Part shown: piece by piece, positions 8,487 through 18,415 of the stretch | How the letters are laid out: the number at the start of each line of letters is the position of its first letter | Position numbering within the stretch: position 1 is the first letter of the stretch | NCBI GenBank assembly: GCA_963663545.1 | Contig: OY760505.1 | Coordinates: 1,120,001-1,184,000, forward strand | Origin: Candidatus Delongbacteria bacterium | Lineage (GTDB): Bacteria > CAIWAD01 | Length of the DNA stretch: 64,000 bases | Direction of reading: 5' to 3' | The notes under the pieces: model-generated | Told to the model about the DNA's origin: nothing | The model's database searches: none | What the model saw: only the letters and a program-made list of their open reading frames with translations | Made by a program: the position numbers and the translations under genes

Positions 8487-10262
8487 ATGGCTTTACGCAG
8501 TAATTTGACCCTGCTGCTTGCTGCCAGCGCAGTGCTCAGCTCGACCGCGTTCGCTGATTTGTTCGTCATCGACTACCGTGACGTCGCATCACCGAACTAC
8601 TATTCGCCGATGCCCTACGGCACCGTAACCCAGGGTGAAGTCACGCAGCTTGGCATGTATGTCAATCCGGCTGCAGACGGAACACTTGAAGCCGTGTCCA
8701 TCCTGTTCTACACCTATGGAACTTACGATGGCACCTTCCGCATCAACGTCTACGACTATGACTCGGTGGAAGATGCGCCGGGCTCCGCAGTCACCGGCAA
8801 CCTCGACCTCGATCCTTCTACCTTCGACCTGTATCCCACTTGGCAGGAAATCGATCTGACCAGCTTGGGTTATAGCTTCCTGGAAGGCGAGCCCTTCTTC
8901 CTGGTGTGGGAGTTCCTTCCCACTACTCCCGGCACCGACGAGATCTCCTTCTTGTATTACAACGTAGGTACCAACGATGCCTCCACCATGGGTGGACACA
9001 TCGACGCCACATCATCTTTCTGGGGCTACTGGTGGACTGGTGCAGACGACATCTTCCAGACAATTACTGTCGACTACGCAGAGGCTCCTCCTGGAGACAT
9101 CACTCTGAACAACACCTTCCAGGATCTTGGTCGCACCGAGCTGAACACGCCGGCCGAATACGTGTTGACCGCAACAAATACTGGCGGTCTGGACGCGATC
9201 GTAACCAGCTTGACCACGACCAACTTGACCTATTTTACTGCCACTACAACCGAGACATTACCCTTCACGATGGCTCCTGGTGATACAATGGCAGTTACGG
9301 TCACGTACAATCCGCTGAGTGCAGTCGCCTTCCGCGATACCGCTACCGTACTGGTAAACTGGAATCCCGATGGTTTGGCCAGCACCTATAGCGATTTCTT
9401 TACCATTGCTGGTTCCACCGACTGTGAATACCTGAGCAACACGTTCATCGAAGAAGAAGAGTTGCCCTGGTTCATCAGCCAGTACGACGACACGACGGAT
9501 ACAAGCTGGTACATCTATAGCAGTGGCTTGTATCGTGGACCGTACTTCGCAGGACACCCCTATTCGGATGCGGGCCATATGGTTGCCGACATGCTGTGGA
9601 CCTACTTGCCGAATCCGGATGAGATGGATATCGAGCTGACATTCGCGCAAAACATGCGGTGGCCGGACTACACCTATGCGCACAATCTGTACGTGGGTTA
9701 CATTGACGGGGACAGTCTGACTTGGGACTATTACTTCGACCTGAGCGACTCGACCAGTCTGGTTTGGGGTGACTACTGGGAGCACATCGGTGCCCTTTGC
9801 ACCGGGTTGGCCGACACCGTAGCCATCGGTATCTATTATGAAGGTGAAGATGCCGACGATTGGTTCGTGGACGATGTCGAGTTCTGCTTTGTTGAGCCCG
9901 AAGTCTGTGATCCGGTGCTTCTAAACATCACTTACAACACTCTTACCGCTTACGTGGATCTTAGCTGGGTTCCCATCGCCGATACCGAGATCCTGATCTA
10001 CGGTAGCATCGATCCTTATGGCACCAAGGCCTTTGAGGTGACGGTCGACGGTTCTTTGGGTACGGTGTCCCTGCCGATGGCAGACACGAAGTACTTCTAT
10101 CACGCTGTGGTGAATTGCGATCCCGAACTGCCTGTATCGCGTCACGAGGCAACGATTCCTGTTGAATCAATGCAGAAGTATCGTGAGCAGGCGGCTAGCC
10201 GCAGTGCGCTGCCCGTCGCGCCGATGCCCTTCGTCAAGACGCGTCAGGAACTGACCAGATAG
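8487..10262 (+). CDS. Secreted acidic beta-rich protein (signal peptide, Ig-like ASH/choice-of-anchor-D-like domain, jelly-roll domain, C-terminal beta domain)
   Basis: GGAGG RBS, signal peptide MALRSNLTLLLAASAVLSSTAFA, Ig-like segment LTATNTGG...VTVTYNP, and strong D/E/Y/W enrichment. Confidence 0.8.
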   Translation: MALRSNLTLLLAASAVLSSTAFADLFVIDYRDVASPNYYSPMPYGTVTQGEVTQLGMYVNPAADGTLEAVSILFYTYGTYDGTFRINVYDYDSVEDAPGSAVTGNLDLDPSTFDLYPTWQEIDLTSLGYSFLEGEPFFLVWEFLPTTPGTDEISFLYYNVGTNDASTMGGHIDATSSFWGYWWTGADDIFQTITVDYAEAPPGDITLNNTFQDLGRTELNTPAEYVLTATNTGGLDAIVTSLTTTNLTYFTATTTETLPFTMAPGDTMAVTVTYNPLSAVAFRDTATVLVNWNPDGLASTYSDFFTIAGSTDCEYLSNTFIEEEELPWFISQYDDTTDTSWYIYSSGLYRGPYFAGHPYSDAGHMVADMLWTYLPNPDEMDIELTFAQNMRWPDYTYAHNLYVGYIDGDSLTWDYYFDLSDSTSLVWGDYWEHIGALCTGLADTVAIGIYYEGEDADDWFVDDVEFCFVEPEVCDPVLLNITYNTLTAYVDLSWVPIADTEILIYGSIDPYGTKAFEVTVDGSLGTVSLPMADTKYFYHAVVNCDPELPVSRHEATIPVESMQKYREQAASRSALPVAPMPFVKTRQELTR

Positions 10263-10281
10263 TCTCTTCGAGCTTTAGATC

Positions 10282-10317
10282 AAGGGTCGTCCACGCTTTG
10301 TGGTCGGCCCTTTTTTT
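10282..10317 (+). terminator. Intrinsic terminator
   Basis: Hairpin AAGGGTCG...CGGCCC followed by T7. Confidence 0.75.
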
Positions 10318-10597
10318 GTTCACAAAGGTATAGGAGTACTTGAATGTTCTGTCCAGCGAATTGCCAATCAAATGATTGCAATATCAGCATTTACGATAGA
10401 CCCAGGCAAAGAGGTTGGACAGAACTTCTGAGTACTTCTATACACGATCAATCCCACCGAACTGGTGCCAACCTTGATCAGCCGTGGACAATCGTGAGCT
10501 TTGGCGACGAGGCAGCATTCACAAAGACTTTCGTGACTGCTCCGCGCGTGAACCAATCCTAAGGTGACGCAGCTAGGCGCGGCGACTATTTTACAAC

Positions 10598-10647
10598 CTC
10601 TCCGTACAGAAGAAGCCCGCTCATGCGGGCTTCTTCTGTACGGAGAG
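10598..10647 (-). terminator. 23-bp perfect inverted repeat / terminator overlapping the tRNA-Ser 3' end
   Basis: CTCTCCGTACAGAAGAAGCCCGC-TCAT-GCGGGCTTCTTCTGTACGGAGAG. Confidence 0.7.
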
Positions 10648-10727
10648 AGAGGGATTCGAACCCTCGGTAGGCGTAAACCTACACACGCTTTCCAAGCGTG
10701 CTCCTTCAGCCACTCGGACACCTCTCC
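10641..10727 (-). tRNA. tRNA-Ser (anticodon GGA), CCA not encoded
   Basis: GGAGAGGTGTCCGAGTGGCTGAAGG...CACGC-TTGGAAA-GCGTG, long variable arm, GGTTCGAATCC T-arm, discriminator G. Confidence 0.97.
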
Positions 10728-10813
10728 GACAAGGCTAATGGCATCCTGGGATGCGAGACGAAAAGAGTAGGATCTTCCGGGCTGAAGTGCAAGTCCACAG
10801 CCTTAAATCGACA

Positions 10814-12241
10814 CTACTTGCGTTTTCGCGGTGTAAAGAAATGGGTCGCGTGGCCGTAGAATACCTCTGCGGCCTCCATCACCGTCTCGCTCACCGTCGG
10901 GTGTGGGTGTATGGTCCGTGCCAGATCACTGGCCAAAGCCGCCATCTCCACCGCCAGCGCGCCTTCTGCAATCAGCTCACCAGCGCCTTTGCCGACAACG
11001 CCCATGCCCAACACCCGTTCCGTCTCGATGTCGATGATGAGTTTGGTCATGCCATCCGGTCGCGCCATGGCCAAAGCCCGCCCACTGGCCTGCCAGGGAA
11101 AGCGCACCACTTTAACATTGCGCTGCTGCTCCTTGGCCTCGGTCTCCGTCAGGCCGCACCATGCCACTTCCGGATCGGTGTAAACCACGGCTGGAATGCA
11201 AGCTGGATCAAAGGCCGCGCCTTTCTGCCCCAGAATGGCTTCCACCGCCACCTTGGCTTCCGCCGTTGCCTTGTGCGCCAGCATCGGTTGCCCAACTAGA
11301 TCACCTATGGCATAGAGTGTAGGATCGCTCGTAGCCATGCGCTGATTGACCCGTACGAAGCCGCGCGCATCTACCTGCGCATGGGTATTCTCGATCCCGA
11401 GGTTCTCGCTGTTGGGGCGACGTCCCACCGACACCAACACGCGGTCGTAGCGCTCGACGCGCTCGCTGCCGTCCTCAGCCTGCAGGGTTGCCTCAATGCC
11501 ACCACGCACCTTGCGCATACCGGCCACCTTGGTCTTCACCAGGATCTCCTTGAAGCGATCCTTTAGCGTTCCCTCCAGCACACGAACCAGATCACGATCG
11601 GCTCCGGGAATCAGGCCCGGCAGCATTTCCACCACACTAACCTGACTGCCAAGCGCGCTGTAGACACTGCCCAATTCAAGACCGATTACTCCACCTCCGA
11701 TGACCAGCAGGCTTCGTGGCACACGCTCCAGCTCCAGGGCTTTCGTGCTATCCCAGATGCGATCCTCGGCGCCCTCGGGAACTCCGGGGATCATCACCGA
11801 TCGCGATCCGGTGGCGAGAATAGCGTAGTCAAAATCCACGCGCTCCTTGCCGCCCTCAACCAGATCCACGTCAACGCTATTGCTGCTGGTGAATTGAGCC
11901 ATACCGCGAAGATGTGTCACACCACGCTTCTTGCCCAAACCACCGGTGCCTGCCGTGAGGTTCTCTACAACCTCGTCCTTCCACTCGCGCAGACGGTCCA
12001 GGTCCACTTGCGGCTCGCCCAGCTTGACGCCCCAATGCTGAGCTTCACGTGCCTCGTGCAGCAATGAACTGACGTGAAGTAGGGCCTTGGAAGGAATACA
12101 GCCGCGAAAGAGGCAGGTCCCGCCCGGATTCTCTTCCGGATCGATCAGTGTCACACGCAACCCCAGATCGGCTGCGTAAAAGGCAGCCGGGTACCCACCA
12201 GGGCCAGCCCCGATGACGACGACATGCTTTGGTTCACTCAT
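10814..12241 (-). CDS. lpdA: Dihydrolipoyl dehydrogenase (E3)
   Basis: GAGPGGY, GGTCLFRGCIPSK and HPHPTVSE. Confidence 0.97.
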   Translation of the reverse strand: MSEPKHVVVIGAGPGGYPAAFYAADLGLRVTLIDPEENPGGTCLFRGCIPSKALLHVSSLLHEAREAQHWGVKLGEPQVDLDRLREWKDEVVENLTAGTGGLGKKRGVTHLRGMAQFTSSNSVDVDLVEGGKERVDFDYAILATGSRSVMIPGVPEGAEDRIWDSTKALELERVPRSLLVIGGGVIGLELGSVYSALGSQVSVVEMLPGLIPGADRDLVRVLEGTLKDRFKEILVKTKVAGMRKVRGGIEATLQAEDGSERVERYDRVLVSVGRRPNSENLGIENTHAQVDARGFVRVNQRMATSDPTLYAIGDLVGQPMLAHKATAEAKVAVEAILGQKGAAFDPACIPAVVYTDPEVAWCGLTETEAKEQQRNVKVVRFPWQASGRALAMARPDGMTKLIIDIETERVLGMGVVGKGAGELIAEGALAVEMAALASDLARTIHPHPTVSETVMEAAEVFYGHATHFFTPRKRK

Positions 12242-12245
12242 GATG

Positions 12246-13550
12246 TCAACCCTCCAGTGCCAGCAGCAGCGGTTGTTCCAGCGCCTCCACAAGCCAGCGC
12301 AGGAAGCGCGCTCCATCGGCGCCATCGATCACCCGGTGGTCGTAGCTCAGCGATAACGGCAGCATCATACGCGGTTGGAATTGCTTTCCGTCCCACACCG
12401 GCTCGATGCTTCCTCGTGCTACACCAAGAATCGCCGTCTCGGGGTGATTGACGATGGGCGTGAATGCCTTGCCACCAATGCCACCCAGATTGGTTATGGT
12501 GATCACACCGCCCGTCAGCTCATCGGGTCCTGTCTTACGGTTGCGCGCACGCTGTGATACATCAGCCAGCTCCCCTGCCAGCTCGACAATGTTCTTCCTG
12601 TCGGCATCGCGTATCACGGGAACCAGCAATCCGCGGTCCGTATCCACAGCTACGCCGATGTGCGTATACTTCTTGTAGACGATCTCACCGCGCGCCATAT
12701 CCACACTAGCGGCAAACTGCGGATATACTTTCAATGCGTGCGCCAGCACCTTGATCAGAATAGCGGTCATGGTCAGCTTGGGCACGTCATTGCCCTGCTT
12801 CTCCAGGCGTTTCTGATACTGGCTGCGCAGCTCTTCCAGTTGAGTAATATCTGCCTTGTCATGCTGTGTCACGTGCGGAACCGTCTTCCAGGCCTGGCTC
12901 AGATGCAAGGCTGTAGCACGGCGAACCTTGCTCATCGCCACATGTTCAACTTCACCCCAGCGGCTGAAGTCCGGCAGTTCGATGGCTTCCACCGTCAGGG
13001 GTTCGCCCCCACCACTTTGCATTCGGCCCTTGACGAAAAGCTTGACATCGGCCTCGCTGATTCGTCCGCCAGGCCCACTCCCCTGCACCTTGTTGATGAC
13101 AACGCCCAACTCACGTGCAAGGCGTCGAACACTTGGCGAGGCAGGTGCAACCGGACCCAGGGGCTTCTCCTCACGCACTTCAATGGAAGGCGGTGTCACA
13201 GGCAGATCCGGCTTCTTCTTCGGGTTCTCCTTCTGTGTCACGGAGACAGGCGCTTCTACATGTTCCTGCTCTATCTTCACCGTGTCTGCCTGAGACAACT
13301 TGCCCGCATCTTCTTCGTCACTCACGGTCAAGATGGGCGCACCAACTTCCAGACGCGCCCCGTCCTGCACATGAAGTTCAACGACCGTTCCAGCGACGCC
13401 CGAAGGCACTTCAATGACGGCCTTATCGGTCTCGACCTCCAGCAACGGCTGTTCGAGTTGTATCACATCACCAACGGACACGCTGACATTGACGATGTCG
13501 CCGCCCTTGATGTTCTCGCCCAGATCGGGCAGATGAAATGTCTTCTTCAT
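12246..13550 (-). CDS. aceF: Pyruvate dehydrogenase E2, dihydrolipoamide acetyltransferase (one lipoyl domain)
   Basis: ETDKA lipoyl site, ASPSVRRLAREL peripheral subunit-binding domain, and DHRVIDGA. Confidence 0.96.
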   Translation of the reverse strand: MKKTFHLPDLGENIKGGDIVNVSVSVGDVIQLEQPLLEVETDKAVIEVPSGVAGTVVELHVQDGARLEVGAPILTVSDEEDAGKLSQADTVKIEQEHVEAPVSVTQKENPKKKPDLPVTPPSIEVREEKPLGPVAPASPSVRRLARELGVVINKVQGSGPGGRISEADVKLFVKGRMQSGGGEPLTVEAIELPDFSRWGEVEHVAMSKVRRATALHLSQAWKTVPHVTQHDKADITQLEELRSQYQKRLEKQGNDVPKLTMTAILIKVLAHALKVYPQFAASVDMARGEIVYKKYTHIGVAVDTDRGLLVPVIRDADRKNIVELAGELADVSQRARNRKTGPDELTGGVITITNLGGIGGKAFTPIVNHPETAILGVARGSIEPVWDGKQFQPRMMLPLSLSYDHRVIDGADGARFLRWLVEALEQPLLLALEG

Positions 13551-13563
13551 ACTTGCCCCCTTT

Positions 13564-16269
13564 CTACATCGTAAGTGGATCGGCCTTGTCCGCATCGATG
13601 CCCAGGCTTTCACGCGCATTGAGCAGCGTATCACGGTCCAGCTCATTCTTGTGATACAGCGCATAGAGCGCGGTCCATGCAATCCATCTGGCATTGACCT
13701 CAAAGAACTCTCGCAGCTCTTCGCGGCCCTCGCTGCGGCCAAATCCATCTGTACCCAGATTGAACATGCCGTTGGGCACCCAGCGGCAGACCGAGTCGGG
13801 CAAAGCGCGCACGTAGTCACTGGCCGCGATCACCGGCCCCTGGCTTCCCTCCAGAGCCTGAGTCAGGTAGGCCTTGCGCGGAGTTTCCTCTGGATGCAGA
13901 CGATTCCAGCGCTCCACTTCCATCGCATCAGTGCGCAGCTGTTTGTAGCTGGTGACGCTCCACACATTGGCGGCTACACCAAACTGTCGCAGCAGCGCTT
14001 GCGCTTTAAGTGCCTCGTTGAGGATTGTACCGGATCCGAAAAGCTGCACACGCTTCGCCTTGCGCGGCAATGTATCACCGTCCGCGCGCGCGGCCTGCTC
14101 AGCCGTGTTGTAGCGGTAGACGCCCTTGAGAATGCCTTCCTCGACGCCCTCCGGCATTGGCGGCATGGCGTAGTTCTCGTTCATCACCGTCAGATAATAG
14201 AAGACGTTCTCCTGCTCCACGTACATGCGGCGAATACCGTCCTCGATGATCACCGCCAATTCGTACGCGAAGGCCGGATCGTAGGCGCGTAGCGTGGGAA
14301 TGGGATAAGCGAAAAGATGCGACTGGCCGTCTTGGTGCTGAAGACCTTCGCCCGCCAGTGTAGTACGCCCGGCCGTACCGCCGACCATGAATCCTCGTGC
14401 GCCCATGTCACTGGCTGCCCAGGCTAGATCGCCGATTCGCTGGAAGCCGAACATGCTGTAATACACGAAGAAGGGAATGGTGTTGACGCCATGCGTGCTG
14501 TAGGCGGTTCCAGCGGCGATGAAACTCGACATCGATCCGGCTTCGTTGATGCCTTCTTCGAGGATCTGGCCGTTTGTCGCCTCTTTGTAATACAAGAGGC
14601 TGTTTGCGTCCACCGGCTCGTAGAGCTGGCCCACGTGGCTGTAGATGCCCGCCTGGCGGAAGAGCGCCTCCATGCCGAAGGTGCGAGCCTCGTCGGGCAC
14701 GATGGGTACGATGTACTTTCCGAGATCATGATCGCGCAGAAGCTTGCTCAAAATGCGCACAAAGGCCATTGTGCTGCTGACTTCGTGCTCGCCAGTGCCC
14801 TCGAGGAATTCCTGAAACACTTCACGCGGCGGCATTTTGAGCGGTTCCAGCTCCGTGTTACGCTGTGGCAGACTACCGCCCAGCGCCCGTCGTCGCTCCA
14901 TCAGATACTTGCGTTCCGGGCTGTCTTCGGCGGGCCGATAGAAGCCAACGCTGGCCACGTGTTCATCGTCCACAGGGATGCCGAAGCGACTGCGGAATTC
15001 GCGCAGTTCCTCTTCATTGAGCTTCTTCTGCTGGTGCGTAATGTTCTTGCCTTCACCCGCCTCACCCATGCCATAACCCTTGATGGTCTTGGCGATGATC
15101 ACCGTCGGCGCACCCTTGTGATCCACCGCGCGCTTGAAGGCGTTGTACACCTTCTCCGGGTCGTGACCGCCGCGCTTCATCCTGAAGAGCTGCTCATCGC
15201 TCAGATGCTCAATCATCTTCAGAATCTCCGGATCACGGCCGAAGAACTTGTTGCGAATGTACTCGCCGCTCTCGACGGAGAGTTTCTGAATCTCTCCATC
15301 TACAGCGTTTTCGAGCATGCGACGCAGGCGTCCGTTTGTATCACGCTCGAAGAGTGGATCCCAGTCGCTGCCCCAGACCACCTTGATCACATTCCAGCCA
15401 GCACCGCGGAACACGGCCTCCAGCTCCTGGATAATCTTGCCGTTTCCGCGCACAGGTCCGTCCAAGCGCTGCAGGTTGGCGTTGATCACAAAAACCAGGT
15501 TGTCCAGCTTCTCGCGAGCGGCCAGCGAAATGGCGCCCAGGCTTTCGGGCTCGTCGGTTTCGCCGTCGCCCAGAAAAGCCCAGACCTTGGATTCGCCCGC
15601 CTCCTTCAAACCGCGGTCCTCCAGGTAGCGGTTGAAGCGCGCCTGGTAGATGGCCATCAGCGGACCCAGCCCCATGGAGACCGTCGGGAACTGCCAGAAA
15701 TTGGGCATCAACCAGGGATGCGGATAAGAGCTGAGGCCCCCGCCCTTGCCATCGCGCAGCTCGCGACGGAAGTTGAGTAAATCCTGCTCGCTCAGGCGCC
15801 CCTCCATGAAAGCACGGGCGTAAATGCCCGGCGCGGCATGGCCCTGGAAGTACACCTGATCACCGCCACCCGGTGTCTCGGGGCCGCGCAGAAAGTGATT
15901 GAAGGCTACTTCATATAGAGTAGCCGCCGAAGCGAAAGTGGAAATGTGACCGCCTATTCCATTCAGCTCGCGGTTGGCGCGCACTACCATCGCCATGGCG
16001 TTCCAGCGGATCAGGCTTTTGATGCGACGTTCGATTTCACGGTTGCCCGGGTAGGGCACCTGCTGCTTGACGGGAATTGTATTGACATAGGGGGTGCGCG
16101 CGGTAAAAGGAATCATCACGCCGCGGGTGCGGGCGTGGGTTTGCAACTCCAGGAGCAGATCCAGCACCCGGTCCTCGCCACCTTCTTGCAGAACGTAGTC
16201 CAGGGACTCCTTCCACTCCTGCGTCTCTTGCTCGATCTGTGGATCGAAGCTGTCGTGCTCTTTGCTCAT
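13564..16269 (-). CDS. aceE: Pyruvate dehydrogenase E1, homodimeric type
   Basis: GGHISTFAS, FPTVSMGLG, GDGETDEPE TPP motif and GEGLQHQDG. Confidence 0.97.
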   Translation of the reverse strand: MSKEHDSFDPQIEQETQEWKESLDYVLQEGGEDRVLDLLLELQTHARTRGVMIPFTARTPYVNTIPVKQQVPYPGNREIERRIKSLIRWNAMAMVVRANRELNGIGGHISTFASAATLYEVAFNHFLRGPETPGGGDQVYFQGHAAPGIYARAFMEGRLSEQDLLNFRRELRDGKGGGLSSYPHPWLMPNFWQFPTVSMGLGPLMAIYQARFNRYLEDRGLKEAGESKVWAFLGDGETDEPESLGAISLAAREKLDNLVFVINANLQRLDGPVRGNGKIIQELEAVFRGAGWNVIKVVWGSDWDPLFERDTNGRLRRMLENAVDGEIQKLSVESGEYIRNKFFGRDPEILKMIEHLSDEQLFRMKRGGHDPEKVYNAFKRAVDHKGAPTVIIAKTIKGYGMGEAGEGKNITHQQKKLNEEELREFRSRFGIPVDDEHVASVGFYRPAEDSPERKYLMERRRALGGSLPQRNTELEPLKMPPREVFQEFLEGTGEHEVSSTMAFVRILSKLLRDHDLGKYIVPIVPDEARTFGMEALFRQAGIYSHVGQLYEPVDANSLLYYKEATNGQILEEGINEAGSMSSFIAAGTAYSTHGVNTIPFFVYYSMFGFQRIGDLAWAASDMGARGFMVGGTAGRTTLAGEGLQHQDGQSHLFAYPIPTLRAYDPAFAYELAVIIEDGIRRMYVEQENVFYYLTVMNENYAMPPMPEGVEEGILKGVYRYNTAEQAARADGDTLPRKAKRVQLFGSGTILNEALKAQALLRQFGVAANVWSVTSYKQLRTDAMEVERWNRLHPEETPRKAYLTQALEGSQGPVIAASDYVRALPDSVCRWVPNGMFNLGTDGFGRSEGREELREFFEVNARWIAWTALYALYHKNELDRDTLLNARESLGIDADKADPLTM

Positions 16270-16624
16270 GCTTCCTCCGGTCCATTTTGTCGCGGATATT
16301 AAAGTTTGGCTCTACTAAGTTTATCAGCAATGGTTCCAGCCCTGTGTTCGAAATAGCAAATAGAACTGTGATATCATTGGAGAAGTCGCCAGATTTCGAA
16401 CATTTGCCACTATTCCGTATTAGTTGCGAATGGGTTCACGCAAATCAAGGATAGGCCGACTACTATTCCGTACAATCCATCGTCATCCTCCGGCCTTCCA
16501 ATAAAGCCTTTGAGTGTCACCAGAACCGCGTGAGTATTGCGTCAGTTCTGCTTCCATAGGGCTCAATTGAGACAGATTTTTTTCCGATAGCGGTGTTAGC
16601 CTTGAAATACTGGAGGAATGAGAG

Positions 16625-17026
16625 ATGGCACTAGTTACTTGGTCGGCGGAGTTCGAAAGCGGCAACAAAATGGTGGACGCCCAGCATCAGGAGCTGTTCC
16701 GCATGGTAAATGAGCTGCATGAGCAGATTGTGGCAGGTAAAGGCAAAGACGCCATTGAGCCCACGCTGAACAACCTGGCCGCCTACACGGCCAAGCACTT
16801 TGCTGCCGAGGAGCAGCTGATGCAAAAGACGGGATACCCGGAATATGTACGCCACCGCGCCCTGCATCAAGAGTTATTAAAGCAAGCGAGCGATACGATA
16901 GAAGGCTATCGCACAGGTAAGATCGTTCTGTCCATTACTCTTTCTCGATTTCTTGCCGACTGGATCAGCAAGCACATTGGCCAGGAGGATATGAAAATGA
17001 TCCGCCATGTTCGCGAAAACCTGTAG
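16625..17026 (+). CDS. Bacteriohemerythrin
   Basis: DAQHQELF, HFAAEE, HRALH and HIGQED give a complete di-iron ligand set. Confidence 0.93.
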   Translation: MALVTWSAEFESGNKMVDAQHQELFRMVNELHEQIVAGKGKDAIEPTLNNLAAYTAKHFAAEEQLMQKTGYPEYVRHRALHQELLKQASDTIEGYRTGKIVLSITLSRFLADWISKHIGQEDMKMIRHVRENL

Positions 17027-17041
17027 CACGACGAGGACGCA

Positions 17042-17467
17042 ATGAGTCGCCTTAACTGGTCCAGTTTGCAAGCCACCGGCCATACGTTGATCGACAAGCA
17101 GCACAGAGCCATCTTCGACTGCTTCAATCAGCTTGACCGGATTTTGTATCACGCCGAAGAAGGAAGTGGCCGGGATGCACTTGACAAGCTCATGGATGAG
17201 ATGGCGATTCTGGTTCGTGAGAATTTTGAGACTGAAGAACAGCTAATGATCCGGCACGGCTATCCGGCTTTCATGGCGCACAAGAATGCCCACAAGGAGC
17301 TGGCCAAGAGGGCAATGACGCTTATTGAAAATAAACGCACGACCCAGGGATCATACGCTACCGAATTCACGCAACTGGCCATTGACTGGAGCTTGTATCA
17401 CATCGGCGAGTTCGACACGCACTTCGTCGAATTCCTACGGCGAATCGACCCCAAGCTCTGTGAGTAA
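17042..17467 (+). CDS. Hemerythrin-family protein (one His ligand replaced by Asn)
   Basis: DKQHRAIF, NFETEE, HKNAH and HIGEFD. Confidence 0.88.
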   Translation: MSRLNWSSLQATGHTLIDKQHRAIFDCFNQLDRILYHAEEGSGRDALDKLMDEMAILVRENFETEEQLMIRHGYPAFMAHKNAHKELAKRAMTLIENKRTTQGSYATEFTQLAIDWSLYHIGEFDTHFVEFLRRIDPKLCE

Positions 17468-17470
17468 CGC

Positions 17471-18268
17471 CTAGGTGCGCTTTTGGCCTCTAACGTCCCG
17501 CAGCATGGTGGTGTACTCTTCCAACAGAAAGCGCAGTCGCTCTTGCTTGGAAAGAGATTTGCTCTCGCGCATAGGTGGTGAAGGTTTTCCCTGCGAGCTT
17601 GTGTCACTATCAATGGCACAATCCAGCAGTCCATCCAACAGCCCTCGCGCCGTCTCATTTACCGAGCGAACGACCACAGGATACTCGGGCAGACGCTCGC
17701 GCACCCACTCGAAGAGCGAAAAGCCCTCTATCTCGATGGGATCCACGATGATATGCTGAAGCGCGTCAAAGGGAAGCACTGAACAGTCAAGCACGACTTC
17801 GAGATTCATGTCCGCCTCGCGAAGCGTATGCCCCCAGGCCGTGCGTGTACTATTCTTCTCGAGGAAGTTTTCAACCTCATGACTAGTATTCATGCGTCCC
17901 GCCATTGTAACACGCGCCTGACTCGGCTGGTCGTAGCGCGACGTCAACAGCACTTCGCACTGATCTGCGTACAGGATCGCTTGCGGCGAAAACACAAATA
18001 GCACTGGACCGTAAGGATTGGGAAGGTCCTCGCCTTGGCCAAAAGGGAAGCCCATGTCCATTGAGTTGAGGGTCACCTTATGCAAGAGACCAAGGCGCTT
18101 GTCACGATCATCAGTACCGAAATCCGTCATGCCGGGAATACTGGAGAGCACAGCCCGGGAACATACGCCTCCTTGCCGTGCATACTCCCGAACATCTGCC
18201 GGATAGTTTGCGTGATACAGGCGAATACCGCGAGACTCCAGAACAGGAATGAGATCAGTAGTAAGCAA
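17471..18268 (-). CDS. Hypothetical protein, possibly a DarT-like ADP-ribosyltransferase
   Basis: N-terminal LYHAN...GGVCSR, central PNPYGPVLF and late LEVVL...LPF..LQHIIV resemble the DUF4433/DarT layout. The function call is tentative. Confidence 0.55.
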   Translation of the reverse strand: MLTTDLIPVLESRGIRLYHANYPADVREYARQGGVCSRAVLSSIPGMTDFGTDDRDKRLGLLHKVTLNSMDMGFPFGQGEDLPNPYGPVLFVFSPQAILYADQCEVLLTSRYDQPSQARVTMAGRMNTSHEVENFLEKNSTRTAWGHTLREADMNLEVVLDCSVLPFDALQHIIVDPIEIEGFSLFEWVRERLPEYPVVVRSVNETARGLLDGLLDCAIDSDTSSQGKPSPPMRESKSLSKQERLRFLLEEYTTMLRDVRGQKRT

Positions 18269-18415
18269 TCGACACTCCGTTTTCCGACTCCTGATGGCAG
18301 TGTATCACAATCAGGTTAGAAAACCGTCAGCGGAAGTAGAGTTGTTGAATGTATAGCATTGTAACGATTGAATATAGCGCGATGATATGCGAATTCCCCG
18401 TACCCTCAGGTATGG

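Noticed and set aside
1..10640. Integrative element or prophage inserted at tRNA-Ser
   Set aside because: No integrase, phage gene or direct repeat of the tRNA 3' end is visible in the window.
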